DNA of 64,000 nt, from assembly GCF_028641065.1 (NCBI RefSeq), contig NC_073386.1, forward strand, positions 56,358,001-56,422,000, given 5' to 3'. This document shows positions 47,201 to 60,000 of this stretch, piece after piece. Source of the DNA: Leucoraja erinacea (Eukaryota). The notes under the pieces were generated by a model, which worked only from the letters and a program-made list of their open reading frames with translations, searched no databases and had not been told where the DNA came from. Numbering within the stretch: the first letter of the stretch is position 1; each line of letters starts with the position of its first letter. The translations under genes and the position numbers were made by a program.

Positions 47201-50200
47201 ATTTTGAGCTGGCAGGGTGATTTATGCGTGACTGGGAAACCAGGGATTCCGATGTCACGTCTAATTAACACGAAACAATTAACCTCCACATTACGTGATT
47301 CTCCTTCCATTCATTTGAACATCAAATTCTAGTGTGCGCGCCAAACGGCTTTGAAGAAGAATCGCAATTAAGAAATACCTAGAAAGGAACACAATGGGCG
47401 AGTGTATAATTGGGTCCAGTGTGTGGAAAGACTATAAAGCCCTTATTTCATTTTTTGGGCGGAATATATAAAATCATGTTCACTCGTGCTAACGAAAAAT
47501 AGAATCGTGCAGAGAGTTTCCGAGACAACAGAGTGTAGAGAATTAACGTGTAAGATTCTATCACATAAAGAAAGCAAATACCTTGGGAGGTTTGCCAACG
47601 AGAAACTGATACGGTTAACAAGGGCTCCACTTGTAGGAATATTTGTGTTTCACGAGGCATTTCTATGATGCCAGGTATTTTAAAAACAAAACAGGCGTTT
47701 CTAAATCTTTGCACTTTTTTCAGTAACACATTCGAACTTAGTATCTTTGAAATGTTATATGGTGATTTGCGAACTCATTTGGAAATAAGCACTAGTATTG
47801 TTATTTTTTTGTTTATTACATGTTATCTACGAGTACTGTGTTTACAAGCTGGTTAAGATGCTGCAAGTTTAAAAAAAATCATTGTTCCGTTGTCAATACA
47901 CACGACTTTCCCCCTCTCTCTTGACCTTGGTCGTTATAAACCAGGGCGATTTTAAAAGTCGAATGAAATGTTTGATTTGTAGATGTACTGTATTACCTGG
48001 CGCCCGGGATATCATACCATCTTTAACACTTCCTTCGTTACTCTAATATTTCTAACGCATGGTTTTCTTTAAGAACGTTGCCTTAGCCCACCTTGGTTGT
48101 AAGTTGGGATGTCAACTCCTAGGGCAGGGCTTTTTCTTTTCCGGGGCCGGCCTTTCTGCACGGTGCCTGTCCCGTTGAAATAAGGTAATCCGAGGCCCCC
48201 GCTCTTTGCAGCGAGCTCCGTGTAGTTCAGTTGCGTGTGATAATCACTCTGCACCAGCGACTCGAAGTGAACTCTGCAGTAGACCAGGTTATCTTTCATG
48301 CCAAAGTGATCGCCCGTGGTTAATGTTTTGTTGCAAGTCATACACGTGAAACAACTCAAATGATAGACCGAGTCCCTGGCACGCATAACCATTTCAGAAG
48401 CAGAGATCCCGAGGTGGCAGCGGGAGCAGCGTTGCACAGAAAATCTCCTGTGAAAAAAAAACAAAAGGCACAAACTTTAGAAATAGGTGCATTGGATTAA
48501 AACGCATCACCAACCTCACAACTCAGAAGAACCACAATAAAGTGTGTGCTGTTACATTTTTGATCTCACAATATTTTAACTACTGATTTCAACTATTCCT
48601 GTTCATTTAAGGAACGTCACCACATGGTCTATAGACTCGAGTCGGTTTTATACACGCTAATAATTTTGTTCCATGTTATTTTCTGCATAAATAGTCCCTT
48701 GTTCGTGCGCGTGTTAAGGACGGGTTGAATAGCGAATTCACCAGTTAGTGTGTAAGTTTAGCTATGGGGACAAGGTAGGATCTTTCCTCTCTCTAATTGT
48801 ATTGCCCACATTTTTCACAGTCGCTCTTAAAAATCCGACAGGTCCAATCAGGAAAACCACGTCAGATTATGAGGCTAGATTCAGTTCAATCTTATTGACA
48901 ATCATATCATATGAACTTTAGGCCAACATGAGCCCAAATGCGTTCCCTTGTAAATGCGATGGTGTCTCAATCCCACAATTAAAGGAGTGTAGTAAACTCA
49001 TTCGTGTTCCAAGATGCTCGATCGCACCCTGGAATTCCACTGAGTTCGTTTCATTACAGCAAAGGCCAACTCTGAACAGCACAACTGACGCACAATTTTG
49101 GTGTACAATTAGCAAACAAAGAGCAGGGTTGGGGGTTATACATAGCTGCCCCCTCCATCAGGGCCAATAAGAGGCCTACAACAAAGAGAGTGAAAAGCAC
49201 AGCTCTCCCCGTCAAACGGCCCGCGAGCATTTCACCTCTGCTTTCAACGGCAAAGCCTCATTGACGCGGTTGTTCTGTCGGTGACCGCGCTAACTCGCCC
49301 AATCTGGTTAAATGTAAAGAAATAACAACCAGTTGGCGGGATGCAGATCTGAACTGATGGGCAATTGGCTTCAATGGAAAATGTAGAATGCAGCAGAGAA
49401 AGGCCGCACACTCCTGAGGCCGGGCTAAGCGGGGAGATGGTCATCTTGACGTGCAGGATAATTTCACCCCGTTTACTTTCAGCAGCCGTACCTGTAGTAA
49501 TCTTCCTTGCAGTAAATGCTGCCGTCCTTGGCGAAGCAAGTGAGTTCGGACTCCAGGGCCAGCTTGCATTCGCAGCACTTGAGACATCTGAGGTGCCACT
49601 GTTTGTCCACTGCCAGTAAGTAATAGCGGTCGGCGATTTTACCGCCGCAGCCGGCGCACAGGGCGGGTTTATCAGAATTAATAGAAGGCATCGCCTGCAA
49701 GCAGAAATTTCAAAAGGCGGTTAATGTCAAGTCGAAACGTCACCCTGAACAAATGTGAACACAGGGCTAATAAACACGAAGCGAACAGAGCCAAAGTCCG
49801 GCCATTACAAGACTTTTGTATGCAGCGGCATTTATGCTTCATTCGCTGTAGCCGTTAGGTGTATTTTACATAATGCAACACAGGATTATACAAACTAAAT
49901 ATTATTCGCAATTATTCAAACAAATCTTACTGGCAGACATTTGAATAAAGTGTCATTTCCTCTGGCGAATTGCAGTCCGATTGTAAATACAATTTCCCAT
50001 TCGGGATTACTAAAAACGGTAAATTGGCAAATTTATTGATACTTAATTCATTGGTTGCAAAGTACTTGTTATTGGATCTGTGCGGGGCAATTATCCCACA
50101 GGGTAATGGGCTGTGTAAATTCACAAGGCGCTCTGTGTATTTTTCCTGCTATAATTTGAGTTTATATTTATAACTTTATTCACCAAAGCCAACCGGCCAA

Positions 50201-50579
50201 AGGGACGCGCAGATTGGTTTTGTCGCTGCCATTTGTTACCATTTTTTAAAACTGTTCTTACATTGAATGTCACAGATTTTTTTTTAAGAGAAAAATTCCG
50301 CTTAGCGGGGTCCCTCACCAAGCCGCCGTTTGGAAAGGTAAAGGTAGTCAAGGAATTGTCCGCGTTTCAAAAATGAACATGTCTCTCCGTTGTTTTCGTT
50401 CTTACCGTTTCCCTTCCGTTCATCTGAACCCCTTTCGCGATGCGCCCATCCGTCTTGGACCTCCGTTCCATCTCCTCCATAATCCCCTGGATCTCGCCCC
50501 CAGAGATGCCGTGGAAAAGCATTGCTGATTGACGGAAAGTGCACGTGTCTTCCGCGGACCTTGCTCTGAGTACTTCCAT
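44002..50579 (-). CDS. lhx9: LIM/homeobox protein Lhx9, full-length isoform; join(50406..50579,49492..49694,48092..48447,45488..45690,44002..44265), 399 aa
   Basis: Exons of 174+203+356+203+264 = 1200 nt splice in frame at canonical GT-AG sites. The protein has the MLFHGISGG N-terminus, two LIM domains, a homeodomain and the SPSQTTLTNLF C-terminus. The linker (YTELAAKSGGLGLPYFNGTGTVQKGRPRKRKSPALG) is Lhx9-type rather than Lhx2-type. Confidence 0.97.
45046..45173. mobile_element. Young palindromic hammerhead-family element in lhx9 intron 4 with 17-bp flanking duplication
   Basis: CATCCTATCTTGGTGTT at 45029-45045 and 45174-45190; perfect 41-bp inverted repeat at 45079-45119 and 45134-45174. 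Confidence 0.88.
45488..45690 (-). CDS. lhx9: lhx9 exon 4, homeodomain N-terminal arm and helices 1-2
   Basis: Acceptor GTCCTAG|GC, phase-0 donor CAG|GTAAGA; encodes TKRMRTSFKHHQLRTMKSYFAINHNPDAKDLKQLAQKTGLTKRVLQ. Confidence 0.97.
45771..45789 (+). promoter_or_regulatory. Candidate CTCF site in lhx9 intron 3
   Basis: CCTGCACTAGGTGGCGCTA closely matches the CTCF core CCAC(C/T)AG(G/A)(G/T)GGCGC. Confidence 0.5.
48092..48447 (-). CDS. lhx9: lhx9 exon 3, LIM domain 2 and basic linker
   Basis: Acceptor TTTTTTCACAG|G, donor AAG|GTGGGC; encodes CSRCHLGISASEMVMRARDSVYHLSCFTC...YCRVHF and KGRPRKRK. Confidence 0.97.
49492..49694 (-). CDS. lhx9: lhx9 exon 2, LIM domain 1
   Basis: Acceptor TTGCAG|GCG, donor CAG|GTACGG; encodes CAGCGGKIADRYYLLAVDKQWHLRCLKCCECKLALESELTCFAKDGSIYCKEDYY. 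Confidence 0.97.
50406..50579 (-). CDS. lhx9: lhx9 coding exon 1 (MEVLRARSAEDTCTFRQSAMLFHGISGG...MNGRET), 58 aa
   Basis: ATG at 50579; donor ACG|GTAAG at 50406/50405; peptide resembles the vertebrate Lhx9 N-terminus. Confidence 0.93.
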
Positions 50580-51120
50580 ACAGACCCGGCTCAAACCATG
50601 GAGCAAGCTCGCCGCTAGACAATTAAAACAACAACAATAACGTCAGCCGCAGTTCTCGAACGCGAGTGGGGGGGGGAGAGGGAATTCAACAGGTCAAACT
50701 CCCGGGCGGACAGGCGAGCGGGCGGGCGGGGGAAATGGTTATTACTGGCTGGTGCGGAGCCAACGTTTCCGAGAGAGGCCGCTCTCTGCAGACCGGGTTG
50801 AAGCGACGGTTAAACAAGGAAGTTAGGGCGGTTTGAGCGGCATCCCACTGACCCTGTTCAAGTCCTCGCTGATGCTGCCGCACCTCACTGGCTGCGATCC
50901 CCCAGTTTTGCCTATTTGTCGCTGCCTCTTGCCAGGGCACAGTTGGATAATTTGGTAGGAGGAGTTCTATAGACTGCTACCTAATCCGTTTCATTACAGA
51001 GCCCTGTCATAGTCTTTTCATTGGCTATTGACGGACGGTCCGTGACAACTCGGAGCGCGTTTGATTTTCCAATGTGATCACTTTTTTTTACCGCCACTTC
51101 CCGAATGGGTAACGCGAGTA
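50580..51120 (-). promoter_or_regulatory. lhx9 5' UTR and proximal promoter, CpG-rich, with CCAAT box
   Basis: GC/CpG-rich sequence directly upstream of the ATG; AGCCAATGA on the minus strand (ATTGG at 51020-51024). The TSS cannot be placed from sequence alone. Confidence 0.6.
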
Positions 51121-51344
51121 ATCGGAGGTCCCTTTTCCATTATTAGTTTCAGAGCAAAAGGATTTATTTTACAATAAATAGTTCCTTTGCTTTGTGTAAA
51201 CAGCAACAAAAAAAGTCGGTCTAGGAGAATTGTCTTTGTTTTTCGACGAGAAACGAGAATGGTTCATTTTAAGAAGAATGTGACATCACTCAAGAGCCAT
51301 GCAATGTCAGTGAAAACAAAGCATCACCTTCAACAATAATTTAG

Positions 51345-51733
51345 TTAGGAGGAAGCCGAGAGGGGAGAGATTTAATGAGGGGCAGCTTTTTTTTCATTCA
51401 GAGGGTGGTGGACATTTGGAACGAGCTGCCAGACGAGGTAGTTGAGGCAGGTATTATCACAACATTTTAACGACATTTGAACAGGTACATGGATAAGCAA
51501 GGTTTAGAGGAATATGGGACAAACGCGAGTAATCGAGGGTAGTGTAGATGGGGCAAGATGTGTATGAAGGAACTGCAGATGCTGTGTTAAACCGAAGATA
51601 GACACAAGATGCTGGAGTAACTCGGGAGAGAAGCAATGTGTGACATTTCGGGTCGAAACCCTTCTTCAGTCTGATGGGGCATCTTGGCCGAGTTGGACCA
51701 AAGGCCTGTTTCCTTGCTGTATGAATCTGTGAC
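51345..51733 (+). mobile_element. Old CR1 3' fragment with nested hammerhead-family insert (~51560-51672)
   Basis: CR1 tail is split by the insert; GATGGGGCA occurs on both sides. Confidence 0.7.
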
Positions 51734-53194
51734 CCTAGTTAGATTACTTCATACACTTTCGACAAAGCTTGAGATATATTAACGTTGCTTGCTGATAGCA
51801 TATGTTAAATATTCAATTCAATTTTGATTGTGTGGCACAAACGAAACAGACCGCGGCAACTTGTCTCATCCCCCCTCCCCAAGTAAAGGACGGGAATTTG
51901 TGTCTGTAAAACAAGTGTGAACAACCGTGTGGCGCTTTTCCGGTCAGTGTGCCGAAGTTCAACGCAACTGCGAAAACCCGTGGCCGCTGCCTGCACCCGA
52001 CTGGCAGAGCTTGCAAAATGTCCGGGTCCGGGTCCGGGTTTAGCCCCTCTGCCTTTGGGCAGGAACATCCAATCTGGACCGGCCTCATATCGTAGCATCT
52101 CACACGAGGGAGTCGCTCGCTCGTTTAAAGCTGTCCTATCTGTTTAATGCTGGGCTGCGCGCTGCCGGTTGTGAATGTGTGACATTCAGATCCAGGCATT
52201 CAAAGCATTGGGACTTGTGATGGCACGTGAAAAGTCTCTCTTCCACCACAATCACTGAAATGGCTGGAAATTTAAAACGAGTCAACGGTGGTCTCAAGTT
52301 CCCATCCAAGCTTGCTTGACATCCATCCCATGCTGAAATCAAACTCTTCGCATGGTTGGGAAAGGACTAGGATGCTATAGGCAAATAGGACTATCCCAAT
52401 ACGTCAATTTGGTTGGCATGGACAAGGCGGGCCAGAGGCCCATAGCCCTGCTCTACAGCTCCGATTGTGAGAGGATGGGGTTTCTGTTACTAGGGATCTC
52501 CTGATAAAAGTATGTGTGTTGTTTGTTACAGATTACTCAGCTGAATTCTCGGGGACGTTGCGCGCCTGCGTGAGGTTACACGTGTGTTCAAAGTCGACAT
52601 AAAGTTAGGGATTTCATACCCAGCGATGGTTTTAGTCACCTCAACATTAGTATGTTGGTAATTATCCAATCCGTTTAAATAATTGCTCCCGCACGCTCTG
52701 ATGGGTGGAGAGTGAAGGACTTTTGTGGCTTAGAATCATGGAAACATAGAAAAATGGGTACAGGAGTAGGCCATTCGACCCTTCAAGCCATTCCACCGCC
52801 ATTCAATATGATCGTGGCTGATCATCTAAAATCAGTACCCCGTTCCCGCTTTCCCCCCATATCCCTCGATTCCTTTAGCCCAAAGAGATTCTGCCCATGG
52901 CACGCCTATGTAGACTGGGAGACATTATTTTTGCACTAATACTGCATATTTATTAGTCTGTTTAATATATATATATCTATATATACTAAACGTGTTCGTT
53001 GTTTATTAAGGGTTTTACAGAGTACTGTGTTTACACATATGTTGTGCTGCTGCGAGTAAGAATGTCGTTGTTCTGTTTTGGGACACATGACAATAAAATA
53101 CTCTTGACTCTTGACTTGGTCGAGATGAATCCGACCATCACGCGACATTTCGAAGAGATAGGTTGAATTCACAAAATAATTTCTCCAGGGAAGG

Positions 53195-53452
53195 GGAATC
53201 AAGATGCAAGGACATAGATTTGAGGTGAGAAGAGAAAGATTTGGTGGGTGTACGGAACGAGCTGCCAGAGGAGGTAGTTGAGGCAGGTATTTTAACAGCT
53301 AATAAAATACACGTAGATAGTTACATGGATGGGGAAGGTTTAGAGGAATATGGACCAAACGCGGGCAATTGGGACAAGTGTAGATGGGGCATCTTGGTCG
53401 ACATGGGGACCGGGCCGAAGGGCTTGTTTCCGTGCAGAATCTATGACTCTGT
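53195..53452 (+). mobile_element. Old CR1 3' fragment
   Basis: NELPEEVVEAG peptide and tail. Confidence 0.75.
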
Positions 53453-53761
53453 GGTGAGCCTCTCTCTCGTGGCCTTGACCAAGGGTCTCCATCCATTCAA
53501 CATGAGCCCGATCTATGAATTTCGATGACACCAGCCCCCAAGCTGTGGATACAACGCAGCCCAGAAGTGCGGCAAGGGGGGCTCCCCGCCGAGCTACAGG
53601 CCGGCGCATGGTGCACGCATCTGCATCGTAGCCTCCAGCTCAAAGCCCGAGATCGGCACCCGTTCCTTCTTACTATCTCTCAAGTTCCAAAAATCATTGG
53701 CAAAATAATTCAATCTCCAACCCTGCTGGGTGTTCAGGTCGCGACTGTAACTGAGAAGTTT

Positions 53762-54090
53762 AGTGTAGGGAGGAACCGCAGATGCAGGGTTATACCGAAG
53801 AAAGACACAGAGTGTTGGAGTAACTCAGCTGGTCAGGCAGCATCTCTGGGGAAAGGAATAGGGTCGAAACCCTTCTTCAGACTGAGAGTCGGTGGGAGAG
53901 GGAAACTAGATGTAATACAAGATTTAGAACAAATCAGATGGGGCACCGATGACCAAGGAATGTTGGAGCCCACAATGGTCCACTGTTGGCTGTGGGAGAG
54001 GTGACAACGAACGGATATATGGATGCGAACAATGGAACTGGCAGGCCGGCTAGGATGGCATCTCTGGAGAAAAGGAATAGGTGATGGATG
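53762..54090 (-). mobile_element. Penelope-like terminal fragment(s)
   Basis: Reverse tail, partial hammerhead core (53861-53881) and purine-rich extension. Confidence 0.55.
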
Positions 54091-57000
54091 TTTGTGGTGG
54101 GAATTCTTCTTCAGGAGAAATGTCCAGTCGCCCATGAGAAGCGCGGCTCCGACACTCAAAGATACCGACCCCTTCCCCTGTGTACTGACCCTTTCCTCTG
54201 TGTACTGACCCCGCGGACCAGAAGTACGTGCACTCCCCGGAAGATGTAAAGATACTATAGGGGTTACTCTGTAAATGCGACTTAAACCCGCCGCAGCCAA
54301 ATGTTCAAGTCAAGTCAAGAGAGTTTATTATCATGTGTCCCAGATAGGACAATGAAACTTGCAAATTCACAGTGGCCTTTTCAGACTTTCAGTTTGTAAT
54401 TCTAAACTTTACACAACAGGAAGACCAATCTAAATATTAACCACGGCTGAGATTTTTACTTTACACCATTTAAACCATTATCGTTCTTTGATTTTAAACG
54501 GGTTAACCTGGCCAGGTAACCCTGTTTTAAAATGCACCTTAACACACACAACTCCGCAATTGGATTGGAGGGATTCACGGGTGTGCTTCCCATTTCCCGA
54601 AATCGAAACTATTTTATCCGTGGTAAATGACGCCCATTTTTTTTACAAAAACACCGTGAACTTTAAGAGTTTCGAGATGCAATTGACAGAGGGATATGCA
54701 GCGCTGCGAAATGGGGCAAATATCCTAGTTACACTGGGACCTCTTCTGCCCACTGACAACACTTAATCCCGCTCCGTGTAATTACTAACTGTGCCTCAAA
54801 ATGACTGAGCATGTAACTAAAAATTACCCCGCGCCCCATCCGCAAATGTTTACTCGTTGTCAAAAGCCGGCGCTCGGTTACCGCTAGGCACTTTGTTAAT
54901 ATGATGAACACACTTTTGTCTCCAACACTTTTGTCATTTCTGCCTCTCGCGGCGTTCCGTCATCGTCTTTGTTTCTTTTTCTGTCTTTGCCTCCCTCTGT
55001 CTCTCCCTCACACCCCATATGCCTGTCCTGATATACAGTTTAAACTAATTGGTTTAGAATAAATCCTCTGACTGGCTGTTTTAGCCCCAGTCTCTGCTGT
55101 GCCAGCTGCTGCCTGTTTGATCACACCTTCATCCCAGACTGTACGGGGGTTCCTGTCTACGGAGCCTCTCTTTCCCGCTCCTCTGGGACCCCATATACGG
55201 CCGTTAGAGCGTGTGCAGAACATATAGAATAAATGTCCCAGCGAGATGCAATCTTCTAGCCAGCATCCTACCTGCAAATTAACTGATAGCTCGCCCTTTT
55301 GTCCCTCAGTACAACTATAATGCTGAACATTTATTAACTGGAGGAGCGTTTAATTTTTGTGTTGAGCAGATTCAATTAGCAGTGCGCACTGCTTAGCGGG
55401 TAGACGCATCGGCCAGATTGCCAGGGTTTAGCTCATAAGGCACAATTTCATGTGAAAATGAAGTCAATCAAGTGAAATAAGCAGTGATTTGTTTGTTGCT
55501 GGCACGTCCTAGGATGTGCAGCAGGGCTGTTATTTGCTGTAAGTAATGCAATTAGCCGTTTGTACAGAAATCAGTGGTTTATATAAATAGACCAGCGATA
55601 GTTGTACATGTGTGCAGACATACTCGAGAGGAAATACCCATTATCGAGGATGTTTCTCATGGTGCTGTCACGTGTTAATATCCACAATTATTTTCATCGC
55701 TATAATTTTTTTAATCTTACATCAGCCACTAGTGAATAGGGAAAGGGAAAGTCACAAGTATATCGGAGGCTAGATTAATGTAAAACACGGCGATTGAACC
55801 CAAGTAGAAAATGAGGACATTACATCTTGAGCTATATTTAAGAAGAATATCTGTAAATCTGTTAATGGTCATAACAAATTGTCTGGGTGTTCAGAATACA
55901 TTACATGATCTCGCCCCTAGCATGTTGTTATGTGATCTAATCGAATGCAATGTTATCCGATCGCATCACACCTAATATACTGTGGAGGAGTTTTATTCCA
56001 GAATTGAACGATTGTATCGGGCGACAGGCAACCTTCTTCATTCTGCTAAAGTCCATGGCTCTTTGACACACGGAACAGTTCTGAGTTCGAAGTCAATCTA
56101 TCCAAATACATTATGATATACCCAATCTGAATCTCACCTTTTGCAACATTAGATCTGTACGCAACCGTTTAATGGTGCCGGCTGTGGGGGGGAAGGGGAG
56201 GATTTTAATGTTTTACATCCATTCTCGGCGATTTCACGTGGACATTAATGCACAAATAAAGAAGGTACATGCAAATATTATTCTAAGATAATAACCCCAA
56301 CCAATGGGAGGCCGTTAAATTCCACTAATGAATACGTATTTAACTCTAATTAACGACTATCTAATGAGGACTTTATGTAAATTCAAACAAACATTAAATA
56401 TGAGGATCCCCCGCGCGCCTGAAGGCGAGTTATCCGTATGTCTGTGAAACACACAATAACACATTTTAGATTTCTTAATGTACTATTCTCGGATCTAAGG
56501 TTCCCACAAACAGAAGCGACGAGCGCTTTCAAACCGCTGCTGAAAGAACCAAGCCAAAGAATTCTCTCCCTCCATCCCAATATGACAGATAAAAGCTCAA
56601 TCATAACCCGGGCTTGATTGAATGAATTCAATTAACATGCTGTGAAGTCCGAGTACTTTCTTTCCCATTTGTTGTACAATACACTTCCTCTACTTCTATG
56701 CAAAACTGCAGGTGCATTAGAGACGAGGAGCTATTTTTCCATTTCGGGCAAGAGAAAAACGTTTTTAAATTTACATATCTGTCTCTGCTCAATAGCACTA
56801 TTACCAGTAATTGGCCGGGTACAATAACATAACTCAAATATGGCGAAACCCATACATCTGTATTCATTTAATTAATTCTCTGATCTCCTGGTTCGCTCCA
56901 TCAAGCGCAGTCAGGTACACGGGGCGATGGGCTGTTGACAAGCCGAGGCGATTGTCGGTTTTGTAACCCAGCTATCCGGACATTTCAAAATTATAACTTG

Positions 57001-60000
57001 AAAAAAAAACCGCGATTCATCCCAGCTCCATTTATCCAAATCCTCTATTTAATTTGCCGTTTACCCTCGCAGGTTCATAGTGTACGACACAGAAATACAA
57101 ATTAACTTCCCTGCCTCAATGCAGGACGTGGCCACAACACGTGGGCTGATTATGTTTGCTGTTCAGATTGTTAGTGTATAGCTCTGGGTATTGTTTTGTA
57201 CTATATAACGGGGGCGGAAGGATAACTGCGCAAGACTGGATTATACTTTTTATACCGGCATAGCAACAATTTAGCAATACTTAGGAGAAGAAACCCATTG
57301 CATTTAAAATAATAGAATTCACATGTTTTACTTAAAATATATAGTTACTATTGCACGGCTGTTGCAAATGTCCCTCAACACACGGAGGTTGTAATGTTTC
57401 CTATTTGACGTTTTCTTACTTCAATTTAGATCGCAGCAATACAACGCCGGCCTTTGTCCAGATGAAATACTTCCTTTGGCTGCTCGTTAATTAATGATCC
57501 CCCAAGGATGATTGGGAAAGGTGAATTGGACGAGGTATATCCGCGCTTTATTCCAATTAACACAGCGTTGCAAAGCGGGGAAAGGCTGAAAGCTGAACGG
57601 TGTCTGGACTCATCAGATGTCTTGCTTAGAATGCAAACACCGTTAAAGTTGCATCTCGATCATTAACACCGCGAATGCGCGCTTTAGCAGGATCTGAATG
57701 CTAGCTTGCATGCACAGTTTGAACAAAACGTTTCTCCAAAAGTATAAAAGTTAAAAATACAACTGAAATACTGATTGCTTAACTTTGGAATTTCCTATCG
57801 CGAAATTATTTTGGGGCATGCATTATTCAGGGTAGGTGGACTGCCGAAGATCCCAATTACAACCTGAACGATTTTTAGTACGTTTAGTGTTTTCAGAAGA
57901 AGTATTGTTTTTTTTAATTCAGTGCCGTGGTCCTATACTAACATTTCAATGTGATATTCACCAGTATGGCAACTTTGACATTGAAGAATAACAATCAGAC
58001 GTGAACGCATGTCAAGTACAGAGAATAGAACAGCTCATATATTTACATATAACATTTAATTGTACACGTTTGGCAGCGTAAATATATCATAAATGGGTTA
58101 AGATATGTTTCGAATGTAATATTCCCCTAAAGAAATGTGCTAGTTTATCTCAGAGATAGGAATAGCAATTCGGAAAGCGTTTTACTGGAAATTAATCAAA
58201 ATCTTAGTTCCGGAAGCAATCTCCGTTGTCCAAAGTGTGAGAGGAAACTCATTAAGTAACAGGTGAACGGGGCAAATACTAGATGCGATATTTTTTTTTA
58301 GCAAATGGACCAGAAGCTCAGACGAAACGGCGACAAATAAAAGTTTGAATTGATCTTTACGCCTTAGCTATGAAAAATCGGCTCAGGTTTGTAAATAGGA
58401 CAAAATGACATGCATATTAGCCACAGAGATCAGCCGCGGACAGTATACTTTGAAATGGTGCTTAATCTTCATGGAATTGATTTCTTTGCAAGAGCAGAGT
58501 GTTTCTGTGTGTGTTAAACACTCGAGCCAAAAAAGCAAGGCCGACATGGAAGAACTATGTCCAAACACAAAGGCTAAATGCGGTGCCATGTTTAGCCAGA
58601 GGCCTGGCGTGGACATCATATATTTTAAAGAACCCGATTCTCGCAGATCTTTGAGAAGCCACAATGTTCCACACTTCCTGGCCGTGTGCTTTGTGGTTTA
58701 ATTGTGCAATATGGACGGGGAGAGAGAGGATGGGCACAGAAGATTCAAGGAGTGGTTGGTGGTGATGTTTCCATCACCCCACAAAATCAGCCCCCATCCC
58801 AGCCCCGCTCCTTCACCCGCTGCAGCCCATTGGAAAAACCCTCCTATCTGGGCGATGAACCGATCACGCTGAATATTTGTTCCCAGTGCCAGTTTCATTC
58901 ATCTAAACCCTCTTTAACTCACGCTGCCTCGCTAGTCCCCAACTATAAAACCTCTGCTATTCATTAATCAAACGACCAACACTGGGACACGACGGGGCCA
59001 AATAATTGCCGAAATGGGTAACTCGAAGAACATTTTGAGACGCAAATATCCGTAGCGTTTGTTTTTCACGACAGCATTTACCACAAAAAAAAACCCCCTT
59101 CAAATACCGGGAAACGGTTTTTGTTTGCCCATTGGCCAGAATTCAGGTGGCATGGGATTCCGGCTTTTCGCGGCGTCAATGGGTCGTTATATTAACAATA
59201 TTCAACCATATTCAACCGCTCACCGTTTCCCTTCAATGGCCAAATTATTGATCGTAATTCAACTCCATACACGAATGATAGGTGCTTGGAAATCGCAACC
59301 GACTCGGGTTGCTGGAGATTACACTGTTTGTGCTGATTCTTATTTACTCGTTTTGGGTGTTATTTGTTGAGATTAATATTGTACTCCAGCGCTCTTGGTG
59401 AAATTAACGATTTTTAAAAANNNNNNNNNNNNNNNNNNNNNNNNNNNNNNNNNNNNNNNNNNNNNNNNNNNNNNNNNNNNNNNNNNNNNNNNNNNNNNNN
59501 NNNNNNNNNNNNNNNNNNNNNNNNNNNNNNNNNNNNNNNNNNNNNNNNNNNNNNNNNNNNNNNNNNNNNNNNNNNNNNNNNNNNNNNNNNNNNNNNNNNN
59601 NNNNNNNNNNNNNNNNNNNNNNNNNNNNNNNNNNNNACAGAGTTGCAGGTTTGTAGAAACCGAGCAGTTACACAATGTGTGATATGCAGGTGACCCGGCT
59701 GGGTGCATGCAATACTACCTGGCTGTTTGTTCATCGTGGTCCCCATAGATTTCAGCGTCTGCAACCAGGAGGGTCGGAATGGCGTTGCCAGCCAAGTCCG
59801 AAGGGGTAAATATTCATGCCTTTTGTCAAGAAAGCAGCAAGTATTGCTTGCGCGCGTTGCTCCTGACCTTACAATCCCGTCCCGGCAATAAATAGGACGT
59901 TTGACAAAAGTGCAACTCACCCGTTGCATAGATGGGTTCGGTTCCAGCAGGGAAGCGGGTGTTGAGGGTGGAGAGTGGTGGCAATGATCCTCCGGCGGCT

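Noticed and set aside
44002-50579. Assignment as lhx2
   Set aside because: The N-terminal extension, the LIM2-HD linker, the AKFRRNLLRQENGG/DKADG region and the alpha exon all fit Lhx9.
50580-50606. ORF-track start MLHGLSRVC, and similar starts at 49700, 48473, 45664, 44271 and 42329
   Set aside because: These are non-ATG starts in UTR, intron or mid-exon sequence; true boundaries follow the splice sites.
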